Positions 1 to 12,680 of a DNA stretch of 64,000 bases are shown in pieces. The translations under genes and the position numbers were made by a program. Each line of letters starts with the position of its first letter. Position 1 is the stretch's first letter. The notes under the pieces were generated by a model. The model was not told the origin of the DNA, did no database searches, and saw nothing but the letters and a program-made list of their open reading frames with translations. Source of the DNA: Octopus sinensis (lineage: Eukaryota); the NCBI RefSeq assembly GCF_006345805.1, contig NC_043014.1, positions 24,924,001-24,988,000 of the forward strand. The letters are read 5' to 3'.

Positions 1-355
1 AAAGTGGTTCCCCTGATCATTTGGTAGCCCCGCATGTGGGGTGTAGGCAGAGATAATTATAGCTGTGCTGTTCTGTAGAACTAGCCTGAGCTTAAGCACT
101 CAATCTCATACCCTGACAACCTCTATGACCTTATCCACCCATTTCTCTGCAAGGAGTATGGCAACACTCCTACACCATCCATTTTACCTTGCTAGAATAC
201 TTTATACCCATGTGCCTTGTCTATTGGGACCCTAGCTGAAGCTCCTCTCCATCTTACTTCTTGTATGCAGCATACATCAACCCGTCTCCTTCAAGCATTT
301 CTACAATCTCACTAGACCTACCTTACAGTGTGCCAACATTGACAGTGCCAATTCT
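1..355 (-). mobile_element. RTE LINE fragment, degraded AP-endonuclease N-terminus, continuing off the window
   Basis: Minus strand reads roughly GRSSEIVEMLE..VDVCCIQEVRWRGAS...GVG..EKWVDKVIEVVRV...TAIISAY. The end matches the RTE at 48563 (gcacagcta(c/t)aattatctct). Confidence 0.75.
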
Positions 356-752
356 GAAAACTAGAAAGTAATGTGGGGAGGAGGGATGTTATTCAGTGCC
401 TGAAAAGAAAATAGTTTTTGTGGTGTTCGTTTTTTGGGCATGCTTCATCTGATCTCTCTTCTGACTTGACAACATTCAAGCATGTTAAGATTGTTGCCCC
501 TACTGGAAGTAGGAACCGATGTTAGCAGTGTTGTAAGCTTATGCATTATGGTTATCGAATGATGTAGATTTAAGCAGTGTATCAGAAATAGGGATATTCC
601 AATGTTAGGTTAGGAGGGGGTCAACTGGAAACTGGTTGTGTTTGTCCAAGTAGAGGGTGATTGCAGGTATAATGGAGGGTACCACCAGTGGAGAAGGGTT
701 CAGACAGAGAGAGAGGAGCATGGAATTGGCATTCTTTTTCAGAGCCTGGTAC

Positions 753-877
753 TGTGCTGAAGGAGATAACCCAAACAATATAATCACAGCTGCACTGAAG
801 GAGATAACCCAAACAACATAATCACAGATGTGCTGAAGGAGATAACCCAAACAACATAATCACAGCTGTGCTGAAGG
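753..877 (+). repeat. 38-bp tandem repeat (3.3 copies) inside the LINE ORF1
   Basis: Unit tgtgctgaaggagataacccaaacaa(t/c)ataatcacagc at 753-790, 791-828 and 829-866, plus a partial copy. Confidence 0.95.
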
Positions 878-2276
878 GCAAGGTTACACCAGAACATTAG
901 CACAGATAGAATGAAAGAAGCAGGAGTTTACACGCTCCTACACTCTCATACAATTGCATATCAGCACTCCTGATGCCATCTTTGATAATGAACACAGCAA
1001 AGATGACAAGGATGGAGGTATGGATGCAGATGAAAGATGTCACTCCCACTCAAGAAATCAAAGAAGAGGATTCAAGCAAGAAACCTGCCCAGAAAGTAAA
1101 CCCAAGTGAAAGTGCCACCATCACCATAAAAACGAAAAACCATGGAGGTGAAAGAACCAAGGAAGAACATCTAAAAGAAGTAAAAACTAAAACAAAAACA
1201 AAAGATGAAACAGCCAAAGAAAGAAGCAAACCTGGCCACTCATATAACAAAAAGGATAAAAAGAGACAGCACACACGAATGTGCAAATTCTACTTTATAG
1301 GTGTCTGCTGGCATGGAGAAGGTGCAAGCTGCCATTTTGCACACCAAGAAGGTGCAAGCTGCCATTTTGCCACATAAACATGAAACAGGGCAGAAACCAC
1401 CTGTCAAAAGGAAAGGACTACGCATCACCTGCCCCAAAACGGAGGTATGCAGATGTAGTGTGTGCTACAAACCAGACTTATCAACATGTTGTTGAAAGGG
1501 CAGCTGCTGAACAACAATCTTTTTTCTGCATGGCACAAAAGATTGTACAGCAGCTGACCTGGCTACATCAATCTCGCAGATTGGACTATCCCCAATACAC
1601 AAGACCACCACAGCAAATAGACCCAAGGTGGACACCACTGGCAACAACACACACATCACATCGGCGCTGTTACTGAACATCTGCAGACTGTTAACACTTA
1701 GTAACAGGACAAAAATCCCTTTCTTGAGAGGCCTTGTTGCATGCAGTCAAGCCTTATGCATACATAGCACACATGGAAACACACCTGAAACCAGATATAG
1801 CAAATGCGGAAATACACATACCACAGTATGTTGTGTTACGGACCGACAGGAAAGAAAGGAGTCATGGTAGAGTTGCTATGTACATCCGTGAAGACCTCAC
1901 ACCCCAGGTCCTTTTATCACACTTAAATTCAGTATGTGATACTAATTGTACATATAAGACAACTTAATGTAGTTATATGTGCTACATGTCACCCTCCAGA
2001 TGCTCTGAATCATGTAGGCAAGTTTGAAGACTGCCTTACAAACAGAAGTTCTAGTCACATTAGAACAACACATGAGTGTACTTCTTATGGGAAACTTCAA
2101 TCTGCCCAATGTCAGATGGCCTGAGGTCCTTTCTCTCCAAGGAATGACACAATACGAACAAGGACAGGTGAAGTCCCTCCTAAACCTCATCAACACTTTG
2201 TACATAGAACAAATAGTACTCCAACTAACCAGGGCAGGTAACATACTGGATCTCTGCTTCACAAATAATATGGATC

Positions 2277-3330
2277 TGTAGGAATACGACCATACGTAAG
2301 GAGTTGGGGATAAATGTCTCCTTTTATACACTGCACAGTCGTCCCTAACATAATAAGATGCCATATACATAATATAACATACAGTGCCAAAAGATGTAAT
2401 GAAGGACGACAAGCTATTCTACTGTTTGAGAGAGAAAACTTTATTTACACAGTGTACAATGTGAAAGTGTTATGAGTGCTAGCGTAGTGTTGTGTATGAA
2501 TGCGTGCACATAGTATTTGTGTCTGTGTGTTCGTGTGTGCAACAGAAGGTACAGACAAAGGTGTATGCATATACAACAGAAATACAGAGCATAAGATAAT
2601 TCTCAGCATATTGAGTTAAGATAAAGTTAGTTTACCAGTTCATGAGGTACACAATAGTAAGTTCTATAACAAGATGTTGGGGGTCTCGAGGCGGAGGCCA
2701 GTTGAGGCACATGTCATGCAGGCAGCGGTTGGGGCTTCTTTGCCGAGCCGAATCTCTTGATATAGATAGTTCTTCAGGTAGGCTAACTGTTTTTCCTCAC
2801 TGAAAGATTCACACAAATAGCATGAGTTAAACCTGTGTAGTTGTTGATGTGTACAAGTTGAAATCGACGGAGATAGAGATGACGATGGTGATGACGGCAG
2901 CAGAGATGGAAAACATTCTGTCTGTCACTGGTGTAATATAGCATCTTCATAGCTGGAGCATTAGCATGGTTGGCTGGCTGGTCGTCTGTCACTGGAACTG
3001 GAACATGGCTGAGTAGCTCTGTGGTCAGTGACTAGACCTTAAAAGGTCTGAAGCTGAAAGACCTAGAATAGTGAAAACTGGCTTATTTAAAGGGTAAAAA
3101 TGGCTCAAAACAGGGTGTCTGACACACAGTGTCACGAGACCTTATCTAAAGGCCGTGATTGGTTGGCTTTACACACTGGTGTGAAATAAGTAGAGAGACA
3201 GACCGCGCTAGATGCTAACCAATCAGATCAGTGGACACAACAGGGTCAAACTAGCCAAAGATGGTTGTAATCTCAAACGAGATCATTCCTAATGTGTCTC
3301 TCAAACAGTGAGGATATCAGCTATGCTACA
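2277..3330 (-). mobile_element. Solo LTR (1054 bp) inserted in the LINE endonuclease region
   Basis: Termini TGTAG...CTACA, with a 4-bp TSD GATC at 2273-2276 and 3331-3334. The LINE reading NNMDL-IHNV rejoins across it. On the minus strand: CCAAT at about 3157-3162, TATA-like TTTAAATA at about 3084-3091, AATAAA at 2440-2445. Confidence 0.85.
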
Positions 3331-5732
3331 GATCTCATCCATAATGTGATCTGACGCTACTCTCAGATCACAACATGGTAGAGCTGACCATGTACGGACC
3401 AAAGGAAACCATGGACATGCAGCCTACAAGAAACTCTCAGAATCTTTCCAGCTTTAACTTCCATAAAGCAACCTGGAAACAAATTGAGAAAGAGGTCCTC
3501 AAACAAAACTGGCCTAAATGTCTCTCCTCACCATACAGAAAAACTCAGGGCAGATGTATCAGGCTGATGCTCAGTAAGGTGAGAAAGTCTACATTTCGAG
3601 CATGTGCTCTTCAACAATTGTTGCAACTTCAACAATTCATGTCTGTAAGGCAAGCTATATGCTACAAATGTGTCCTGAAGAGAAAGACCACTCACTGTAC
3701 ACAAGAACAAAATCCCCAGGGAGAGGAAAATTCTTATGAGATGGCGTACAAAAGTTTCAAATTACCTAAACAAACAAATTGTAAGTAGTGAAAAGTCCCA
3801 TCTGAAAATACAACTTCTGGAAATTGAAAAAAAAATGGAAATCTCCCATGAAAAAGAAAGAGCAGACAAAGAAGCCTGGGCTATTGACAATATAAAATCT
3901 AACCCCAGAGCTTTCTACAAGTTTGCCAAAGAAACAGCTTCAGTGCACTGCAGGATAAGATTATTCCTCGAAAACATGGTACACTCACAGGAAACCCAAT
4001 GAGAATAATTGAAATACTAAATGAGCAGTTCAAAAGTATTTTCACTCCACCCCTAGGACACTTGTAAGTTAGCTATCCAACTGACTTCTTTACCACTGCA
4101 GATATAAAAACAAAGGCAGTGATGATCGATTACATCAACATAAAGGAAGGGCTATAGATGAAATGAACCCAAACTCAGCTTCTGGCCCTGATGGATTTTC
4201 AGCAATCCTTCTAAAAGTATGTAAGCGAGTCCTAGCAAGACCACTGCAGTTACTCTTTCAGAGCTTCCTTGCAATTGGCAAACTTCCAAGAAAACTGAAG
4301 GAGGGTAAAATATGCCCTATTCATAAAGGAGGTAGCAGAGCAGAGGCTAAGAACTACAGGTTATCTCTCTGACTTCGCACATCAGCAAGGTAATGGAATG
4401 AATAGTCAGAAGAAAACTGAAGAAAATGACTTGCTTGACACACAACATGGTTTCTAACCAGGAAGAAGCTGCTTGATTCAGCTCTTACAACACTATGACT
4501 GGGTACTGAAACAGCTGTTCAACCACTCAAATGTGGAAGTGATATATTTCAACTTTGCAAAGGCCTTTGATAAAGTCGATTATGGAATGATATACACAAA
4601 CTGCGTGATCTTAGCATAGTTGGAAAATTGGGAGAATGGCTTCATGACTTTCTGAAGGATCGAAGTCAGGTGGTAGTAACCAATGAGGCCACCTCCAATG
4701 ACACACAAATAGTGAGCCTTGTGCAATCGGCATGCAAAACTAAGTGCAATACCCATTAAATACACTGGACCTGGAAGGATTGCAATCCCAGAGGCATAGT
4801 CAGTGCTAGACCTCGGCATTTACATGAGTAATGTTGCATCGTTCCATGCGTGTGTTGCTAAATTGGCAATGAAATGCTGGCGGCTGAACAGATGGATTCT
4901 TAGAACTTTTAGAACAAGAGATCAGGAAACCATCATGGTCCTCTGGAGGACATTTGTCCTAAGCCACTTTGTCTATTGCTCTCAGCTATGGTCACCAACC
5001 AGTGTCAAGTTAATCATAGAACTTGAGGCAATCCAATGAAGCTACATGAAGAAGATAGTCTCTATGAAGCATATAAGCTACTGGGAAAGACTCAGGAGAT
5101 TAAGACACTTTTCCTTAGAGCATAAGCGAGAAAGATATGCCATAATATACATCTGAAAGGACTTGTCCCAAATTTTGGCATCAAGAGTTACACAAATACT
5201 AGAACTGGGTGCCACTGCATAGTGCCAAGGACTCCAAATTTGCCATCAATATGTAGGACAAGATGCTGTAATAGTCCAGGTTTCAGAGCTCCACAGCTCT
5301 TCAATATCTTCCCGAAGGACCTAAGAGACCTGCATGGGGTGGATGTAGGTGTCTTCAAAATAAAGCTGGATCTCATACTGTCAAGTGTCCCAGATGAACC
5401 AACTTCGCAGCAGGAGGTGCAGTTGAGGGCAGCGGCATTAAACTCCCTCATGCACCAAATGTCAATTCCTAAAAAGCATTCGTGAAGTAAAATTATGTAA
5501 CAACACTAAATGGTAGTGCCCCAGCGTGGTCACAGCTCGTGAGCTGAAACCAGATATAAAAAAAAATACATACAAATATATATACGCATATATGTATGTA
5601 TATATATATAGATATAGGCATATAAATCTATATACATACATCTATATACATGTATACATGTACATCTATACATATACATGTATATATATATAGATACTTA
5701 TATATATGCAGAACTATATACACATGTATATA

Positions 5733-7272
5733 CAGAAAAACTAAGGGCAGATGTATCAGGCTGATGCTCAGTAAGGTGAGAAAGTCTACATTTCGAGCAT
5801 GTGCTCTTCAACAGAATGGAACACGAGGAATTAAACGGAGAGAGAATAAAAGAAAAAAACTTGTAGATTTAGCGGCCACTTATGGCGACTGGTTAGAAAA
5901 AGATAGTTGGACAGGAGAGCTAGGAAGAAGGGGAGATGATAAAGTACTGGTGATCCCAAAATGAAGGTGCATGTGCATGTGTGTATGTGAAAGTAAGTGT
6001 GTGTGGATAGGGACCTGGTGATTGACATGTGAATGTGTGCGTGTATGTATGCGACTAATGTGTGGGTGTATGGTGATGGTGTGGGTGCTGGGAAGTGGTG
6101 TGGTGTGGGAATGTGAGGATGTAGGGTGGGGTGATGGTCTGGAGGGGTGGTGTGGATGGAGGAAAAAGGTGGGTAGGAGTGAGAGAGGAAGTAGGTGTCA
6201 GGACAAGAGAAGAGAAGTGGGTAGGTGTGAAGAGAAGAAGTAGGTGCTAAAGGAAGAGAGAAGGGGAGTTGAGACCCTGTAGCACAAAGGAGTGAAGAGA
6301 GAAGATTAATTCCTGTTCATGGCGAAGGCAACAGTCCGGATGGCCCCTGTGCAAAGAAAATCCAGACACAGACAACTGTTGTAATGAATAACTGGTAGAG
6401 CAGAAATAGCATGAGACCAGGTCTAGTCTCATGCCAAGTCTAGTATCTCAGAGGTGGTCCACGAACTGGTCAGCCAAGCAGCGTCCCATTTGTCCAATGT
6501 ACAGAGAAGGCCAGAAAGAGCAGGAGATGCAGTAAATGATGTTCCTAGAAGTGCAAGTAAAGGAGTCAGTGATATAATAAGGTCGATGATGGGTGCCTGT
6601 GAGGATGGTAGCATTGGAGAGATAGGGGCAAGTGCGGCAGTGTGGGTGGGAGCAGGGAATGAGCCAAGCTGGGAGGTGGGGTTAGGAAAGAAACTGTGGA
6701 CCAGAAGGTCACATAGGTTGTGGGCTTGTTTGAAGGAGTGAAGGGGTAGGTTGAGCAAAATGGTGGGGGTCGGACTGGAGTTGCTGGTAGTCTCCGAGAA
6801 TGGTGCAGTGGAGGACTGGTAGGTGAGGGCAAATGGGAAATGGACAATGGTGGGGCGGGTGCGAGGAGAGAGCAGGAGCACGGTCCACGGAACATTCTCT
6901 GGCAAGGGGATAGTGGTGAGGGGTTATTCACGAAGGATGAAGTGGCGAGCCATGAGTTGAGTCTGAGCCTCAAAGTTTTGGTGGTCACTGCAGAGTCTGC
7001 GCAGACGGAGGAATTGGAATTAGTGGATGGAGAGCTTGGGTTTGTAGGGTGGGAGGAGGAGAAGTTGAGATATGAGTGTGAGTCGATGTGTTTGTAGTGG
7101 ATGGAGGTAGTGAGAGCGGAGTTGTGTATGTTGACCAAAATGTCAGGAAAGGCGATGGAAGTGTTACAAATGGTGCAGGAGAATTTCAGGGCATGATGGA
7201 AGGATTGGACAAACGAGAGGAAGGAGTCTAGTTGTTCGCGGGAGAATGAGGCCGCACTGATGCAGTCATCAG
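5733..7272 (-). mobile_element. Penelope-like element (Neptune-type), 5'-truncated: RT thumb, GIY-YIG and 3' tail
   Basis: TTSIHYKHIDSHSYLNFSSSHP, then FTCTSRNIIYCISCSLCTLLYIGQ and HEQELIFSLHS, followed by a pyrimidine-rich 3' region on the minus strand. Confidence 0.85.
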
Positions 7273-7873
7273 TATTACCATATAGTTTGATTCACACATA
7301 TATGTATGTATGCATGTATGTGTGATAATAGTTTTACTTTTAATAGTTTCAGTATTGATAGTGAAAGTATTTCATATTTCACTAGAGATGTTATTGTTTC
7401 ATTTTTGACATGTAATACTGAAACAGTGTAATAGGTAAGAGATTGTTCCAGGCTCACATCAGGCAAGAAGTTGAAAAATGTTTTTGCCCATGACACTGCA
7501 TGGAGCCTAAATAAGGCATGTGTAAAATTTGAAGGAAATTTTGTGAGTAATTCTCAAGTTTTAGTGATGCACACATACAGACAGACACACATTCCCAGTT
7601 TTTCAGTATGTAGATATATATATATACATATATATATTATTTATATATCTAGCTATCTATCTATATATATATATATATATATACATATATTATTGATATA
7701 TATATGTGTATATATATATATATATTATTGATATATATATATATATGATATATCTATATATATATACATAATACATATATTATTGATATATATATGTGTG
7801 TATATATATATACATATATTATTAATATATATATATGTGTATATATATATATATGTGTATATATATATATATG

Positions 7874-7927
<54 letters not shown>

Positions 7928-8067
7928 ATTAAAAATGAGGGTGTATAAAAGACACCAACATGCCGAAATAGCAGTCGAAACTCTGACTATAAAACCACGT
8001 TAAATGTTCATATCGCACCATGAGGTAAAGCGGAGGGACAAAACATACAAGCAAAAATTATTGAATA

Positions 8068-8127
8068 ATTCAAGATCCAAGGATTTCTGGTTCTGCTTTA
8101 AATAAGCTTTACCGTCATCAATTGAAT
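8068..8127 (-). ncRNA. Type I hammerhead ribozyme motif (C3U variant), copy 1
   Basis: ATTCAA TTGATGA cGGT..ACCa GAAA TCC TT GGA TC TTGAAT. Stem I is 6 bp, stem II 3 bp, stem III ATCC/GGAT, AUC triplet. Confidence 0.7.
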
Positions 8128-8548
8128 ATATCAAGGGTACATAAATACAGATATATATATGCACAGCAAACGATATACTTACATATACGAGCGCCGTACA
8201 TACATACATATGCACGTATGGACACAGCCAGTCTGAATTGCCCGCCAAATCACCGCATAATAACGATATGGTTAAAATAAGCACCGCAGTGAATATAATA
8301 ACGAATTATATAAATTTATATATGAGGATAATATCGATATTTAAGTGTCGAAATTATCAAGTGGCCAGCATGAAAGAAATACCTTACAAAGGTAAAAAAT
8401 TTTTAACAATTAAAAATGAGGGTGTCTAAAAGACACCAACATGCCGAAATAGCAGTCGAAACTCTGACTATAAAACCACGTTAAATGTTCATATCGCACC
8501 ATGAGGTAAAGCGGAGGGACAAAACATACAAGCAAAAATTATTGAATA

Positions 8549-8608
8549 ATTCAAGATCCAAGGATTTCTGGTTCTGCTTTAAATAAGCTTTACCGTCATC
8601 AATTGAAT
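8549..8608 (-). ncRNA. Type I hammerhead ribozyme motif (C3U variant), copy 2
   Basis: Same sequence as 8068-8127, in the next 481-bp unit. Confidence 0.7.
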
Positions 8609-9231
8609 ATATCAAGGGTACATAAATACAGATATATATATGCACAGCAAACGATATACTTACATATACGAGCGCCGTACATACATACATATGCACGTAT
8701 GGACACAGCCAGTCTGAATTGCCCGCCAAATCACCGCATAATAACGATATGGTTAAAATAAGCACCGCAGTGAATATAATAACGAATTATATAAATTTAT
8801 ATATGAGGATAATATCGATATTTAAGTGTCGAAATTATCAAGTGGCCAGCATGAAAGAAATACCTTACAAAGGTAAAAAATTTTTAACAATTAAAAATGA
8901 GGGTGTCTAAAAGACCAACATGCCGAAATAGCAGTCGAAACTCTGACTATAAAACCACGTTAAATGTTCATATCGCACCATGAGGTAAAGCGGAGGGACA
9001 AAACATACAAGCAAAAATTATTATCGATATTATCCTCATATATAAATTTATATAATTCGTTATTATATTCACTGCGGTGCTTATTTTAACCATATCTTTA
9101 TTATGCGGTGATTTGGCGGGCAATTCAGACTGGCTGTGTCCATACGTGCATATGTATGTATGTACGGCGCTCGTATATGTAAGTATATCGTTTGCTGTGC
9201 ATATATATCTGTATTTATGTACCCTTGATAT

Positions 9232-9291
9232 ATTCAATTGATGACGGTAAAGCTTATTTAAAGCAGAACCAGAAATCCTTGGATCTTGAAT
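9232..9291 (+). ncRNA. Type I hammerhead ribozyme motif (C3U variant), copy 3, in the inverted unit
   Basis: attcaa ttgatga cggt...acca gaaa tcc tt gga tc ttgaat read directly on the + strand. Confidence 0.7.
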
Positions 9292-9918
9292 TATTCAATA
9301 ATTTTTGCTTGTATGTTTTGTCCCTCCGCTTTACCTCATGGTGCGATATGAACATTTAACGTGGTTTTATAGTCAGAGTTTCGACTGCTATTTCGGCATG
9401 TTGGTGTCTTTTAGACACCCTCATTTTTAATTGTTAAAAATTTTTTACCTTTGTAAGGTATTTCTTTCATGCTGGCCACTTGATAATTTCGACACTTAAA
9501 TATCGATATTATCCTCATATATAAATTTATATGTATATATATATATATATATATGTATAGGGCACAGAAAGCGTGTCAATAGCCAGCTGGAGAAGATGTT
9601 CTCCTGGGACTACAAGCTACAGTAGCATCCACCCTTAGTGGTTAGCCACATTTAGGTGGCAAATATACTTCACATTGTCGTGCAGCTACTGTTTATACCT
9701 CATTCAGAGATTTATTATATATATATATATAGTGTAATAAATAAAATATATGCATACATACAAACATATATGTACGTACCTACATCTACATGTATATATA
9801 CATGCATATATAAATATATATATACGAGAGTACAGGACACCACAACTAGACGTAGAACTCAACAGAAACGAAAACGGAAAAGCCATTTTTTTACAACAGA
9901 AAAACAGATATATATGCA

Positions 9919-10286
9919 TAATTAAGGGTTAAGCAACTAAGTTGCTTAACCACATATCAAAAATTTAGAAATAGCAGCCAAAGACAGCTTATTTCTTTTT
10001 ACTACAGATATTACTCCACAGATAACAACACTTGTAACTCACATAGGCAAGCATTATTGAATTATTGTGCTGAGGACAGGAATGAATTTGTATTATTCTA
10101 ACCCAGAAACGCATCCACAATTAACCGAAGACTGTTTGATTTCGTTAATTTTCTTCTTTTGCCTATGTGAGTTACAAGTGTTATCTGTGGAGTAATATCT
10201 GTAGTATACAGGAATAAGCTGTCTTTGGCTGCTATTTCAAAATTTTCAGTATGTGGTTAAGCAACTTGTTGCTTAACCCTTAATTA
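9919..10286. repeat. Inverted repeat, arms about 130 bp, spacer about 108 bp
   Basis: 9919-10050 is the reverse complement of 10159-10286, with a few mismatches and indels. Confidence 0.9.
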
Positions 10287-10467
10287 TATTTAAATATAAT
10301 AAAACTTTTTGTAAAAGTTCCTACCGATAATGGTTCTCTGTCATACTGAAACTACTTGGTAAAATTTATTAATTTAAAATTAATAATTATTTACCCTTAT
10401 ATTTGTTATATATATATATACATTATTGATATATATACATATATATATATTATATATATATAGATAT

Positions 10468-10516
<49 letters not shown>

Positions 10517-10519
<3 letters not shown>

Positions 10520-10632
10520 ACGGGCTTCTTTCAGTTTTCTACCAAATTCATTTACAAGGTGCCATGCAGTGGGACTGAACCTGGAACCATGTGGTTGGTA
10601 AGCAAGCTACTTACCACACAAACACTCCTGCA
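10517..10632 (-). mobile_element. tRNA-derived SINE, 5' fragment
   Basis: Reverse complement of gtgtggtaagtagcttgcttaccaaccacatggttccaggttcagtcccactgcatggcacc; same family as 18449. Confidence 0.8.
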
Positions 10633-10652
10633 CCTATATTACTTATATATGC

Positions 10653-10685
<33 letters not shown>

Positions 10686-10966
10686 ATATATATATACATA
10701 CACACATATATATATAAGTTCAGCAAAAATTTTAGATTCAGATGAATATGGTACCAGAATTTGGTATGGTATTATCCATATCAATCAAATGGGATAATTA
10801 TAATCAAAATAAGCAACAAGGATGTCCAAAGTTAGTGTAGTACAATCGTTTCATGCTACTTCATTTAATTAAACAATGTAATACTTACATTGTTGCTTAT
10901 TTTGATTATATATATATATATCTCATATATATATATATATATCATATATATGTATATATATCTTTC

Positions 10967-10997
<31 letters not shown>

Positions 10998-11004
10998 CTA
11001 TCTA

Positions 11005-11056
<52 letters not shown>

Positions 11057-11216
11057 ATATAAATTCAGCAAAAACAATTAAAATTCAAGTGAATTCCAAT
11101 GAATTCAAATGAATATGGTACTTAACTTAGATGCACCAGAATTCTTTATGGTATTAACCATAAAATAATGTGGGGTGATTATAACCAAGAAAAAAGCAAC
11201 AAGAATGGATTAGTAG

Positions 11217-11305
11217 TTTAGTACAATTGTTTCATACTAAGAACAATTTTATTTAAAGCTGCAAATATTGCAGCAAATACAAATGTCCAGTATTCATCAG
11301 CTAAA
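11217..11305 (-). ncRNA. Type I minimal hammerhead ribozyme, intact core
   Basis: TTTAG CTGATGA ATACT...AGTAT GAA ACAATTGT A CTAAA. Stem I 5 bp, stem II 5 bp, palindromic stem III, GUA triplet. Confidence 0.85.
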
Positions 11306-11504
11306 TCACATGTATGTTTTTCAGACATCCTAGAGAGTTTGACTATCCTCATGAAGTATTTGGAATGAGTTCTATGAAATTTAAAGTCAAATTATAAGTA
11401 GACTTAAAATGCTTTCTAATGATGCACAGTTTTATAAAAAGTTTTTAAAAAGATTGTTAAATTCCCAGAGAAGGTGAATCCATCCATTTTTATGTTCTCC
11501 ACAT

Positions 11505-12680
11505 CCGGAGAGAAAAACTAGAAGTAGTTGATAGCTTCCATTACCTAGGTGACCAAGTCAGTAACAAGGGAGGGTGCGCTAAAAAGTGTAGCTACTAGAA
11601 TAAGAATAGCCTGGGCAAAGTTCAGAGAGCTCTTACCTTTGCTGGTGACAAAGGGCTTCTCACTCAGAATAAAAGGTAGACTGTATGATGTGTACAAACA
11701 GCCATGCTACATAGCAGTGAAACATAGGCCGTGACTGCTGAGGACATGCGTAAACTCACAAGGAATGAAGCCAGTATGATGCAATGGATGTGTAATATCA
11801 GTGTGCATACTTGACAGAATGTAAGTACCTCAAGAGAAAAGTTGGACCTAAGAAGCATCAGATGTAGTGTGCTGGTATGGGCATATGGTGAGAATGGATG
11901 AGGATAGTTGTGTGAAAAAGTGCCACACCATAGCGATTGAGGGAACCTGTGGAAGAGGCAGAGCCAGGAAGACCTGGGATGAGGTGGTGAAGCATGACCT
12001 TTGAATATTAGGCCTCACCGAGGCAATGACTAGTGACCAAGACCTTTAGAAATATGCTGTGCTTGAGAAGACCCAGCAAGCCAAGTGAGACCATAATCTG
12101 TGACCTATGCCAGGGGTGTAACCAGCCCACTTATGCTTACCTTTCCTTCATTGGACACTAAAACCTGCTTGCGAAGACCTGTTGCGGCAAGTGAAATCGA
12201 AATCAAAATCAAATTTGATGACTGGCATCCATGCTAGTGGAGCACTAAGTGCACCATCTGAGTGTGATTGTTGCCAGAGCAGCTGACTGGCTTCTGTGCT
12301 GGTGGCATGTAAAAAGCACCATTTTAGCATGATCATTACCAGCGCCGCCTTACTGGCACTTGTGCTGGTGGCACATGAAAAAACATTCAAGCGAAGTCAT
12401 TGCCAGTGCCGCTGGACTGGCTCTTGTGCAGGTGGCATGTAATAAACACCATTTGAGCATGGCCGTTGCCAGTACTGCCTGACTGGCCTTCATGCCAGTG
12501 GTACTTAAAAGCACCTACTACACTCTCGGAGTGGTGGGCATTAGGAAGGGCATCCAGCTGTAGAATCTCTGCCAGATCAGATTGGAGCCTGGTGCAGTCA
12601 TTTGGTTTGACTGTCCTCAGTCAAATCGTCCAACCCATGCTAGCATGGAAAGCGGGCATTAAACAATGATGATGATGATG
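11505..12680 (+). mobile_element. RTE LINE, 5'-truncated (ORF C-terminus, 3' UTR, (GAT)n tail)
   Basis: LEVVDSFHYLGDQVS..RIRIAWAKFRELLPLLVTKG, then the UTR core ggcattaggaagggcatccagctgtag and a gatgatgat tail. Confidence 0.9.

Larger units (their letters stand above)
700..5567 (+). mobile_element. CR1-group LINE, near full length and decayed (ORF1, APE-RT ORF2, 3' tail)
   Basis: ORF1 remnants include CKFYFIGVCWHGEGASCHFAH. APE motifs are METHL..RTDRKERSHG, GNFNLP and SDHN. RT region has SGPDGFSAILLK and AKAFDKVD. C-terminus has ELEAIQ and RAPQLFNIFPKDLRDL. 3' end is ggtagtgccccagcgtggtcacagctcgtgagctgaaac plus an A-rich tail. Many stops and frameshifts. Confidence 0.9.
7927..9530. repeat. 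481-bp tandem array (2.3 units) followed by an inverted copy of about 1.06 units
   Basis: Identical ORFs at 8000 and 8481, and at 8238 and 8719 (offset 481). Strand switch at 9022/9023; 9023-9530 is the reverse complement of the unit. Confidence 0.95.

Noticed and set aside
973-1377. Host CCCH zinc-finger gene
   Set aside because: It lies directly upstream of the LINE ORF2 and recurs in two other LINE copies, so it is element ORF1.
7927-9530. 481-bp repeat as a CRISPR array or duplicated protein gene
   Set aside because: No unique spacers. The ORFs have no recognisable motif and include microsatellite-like sequence.
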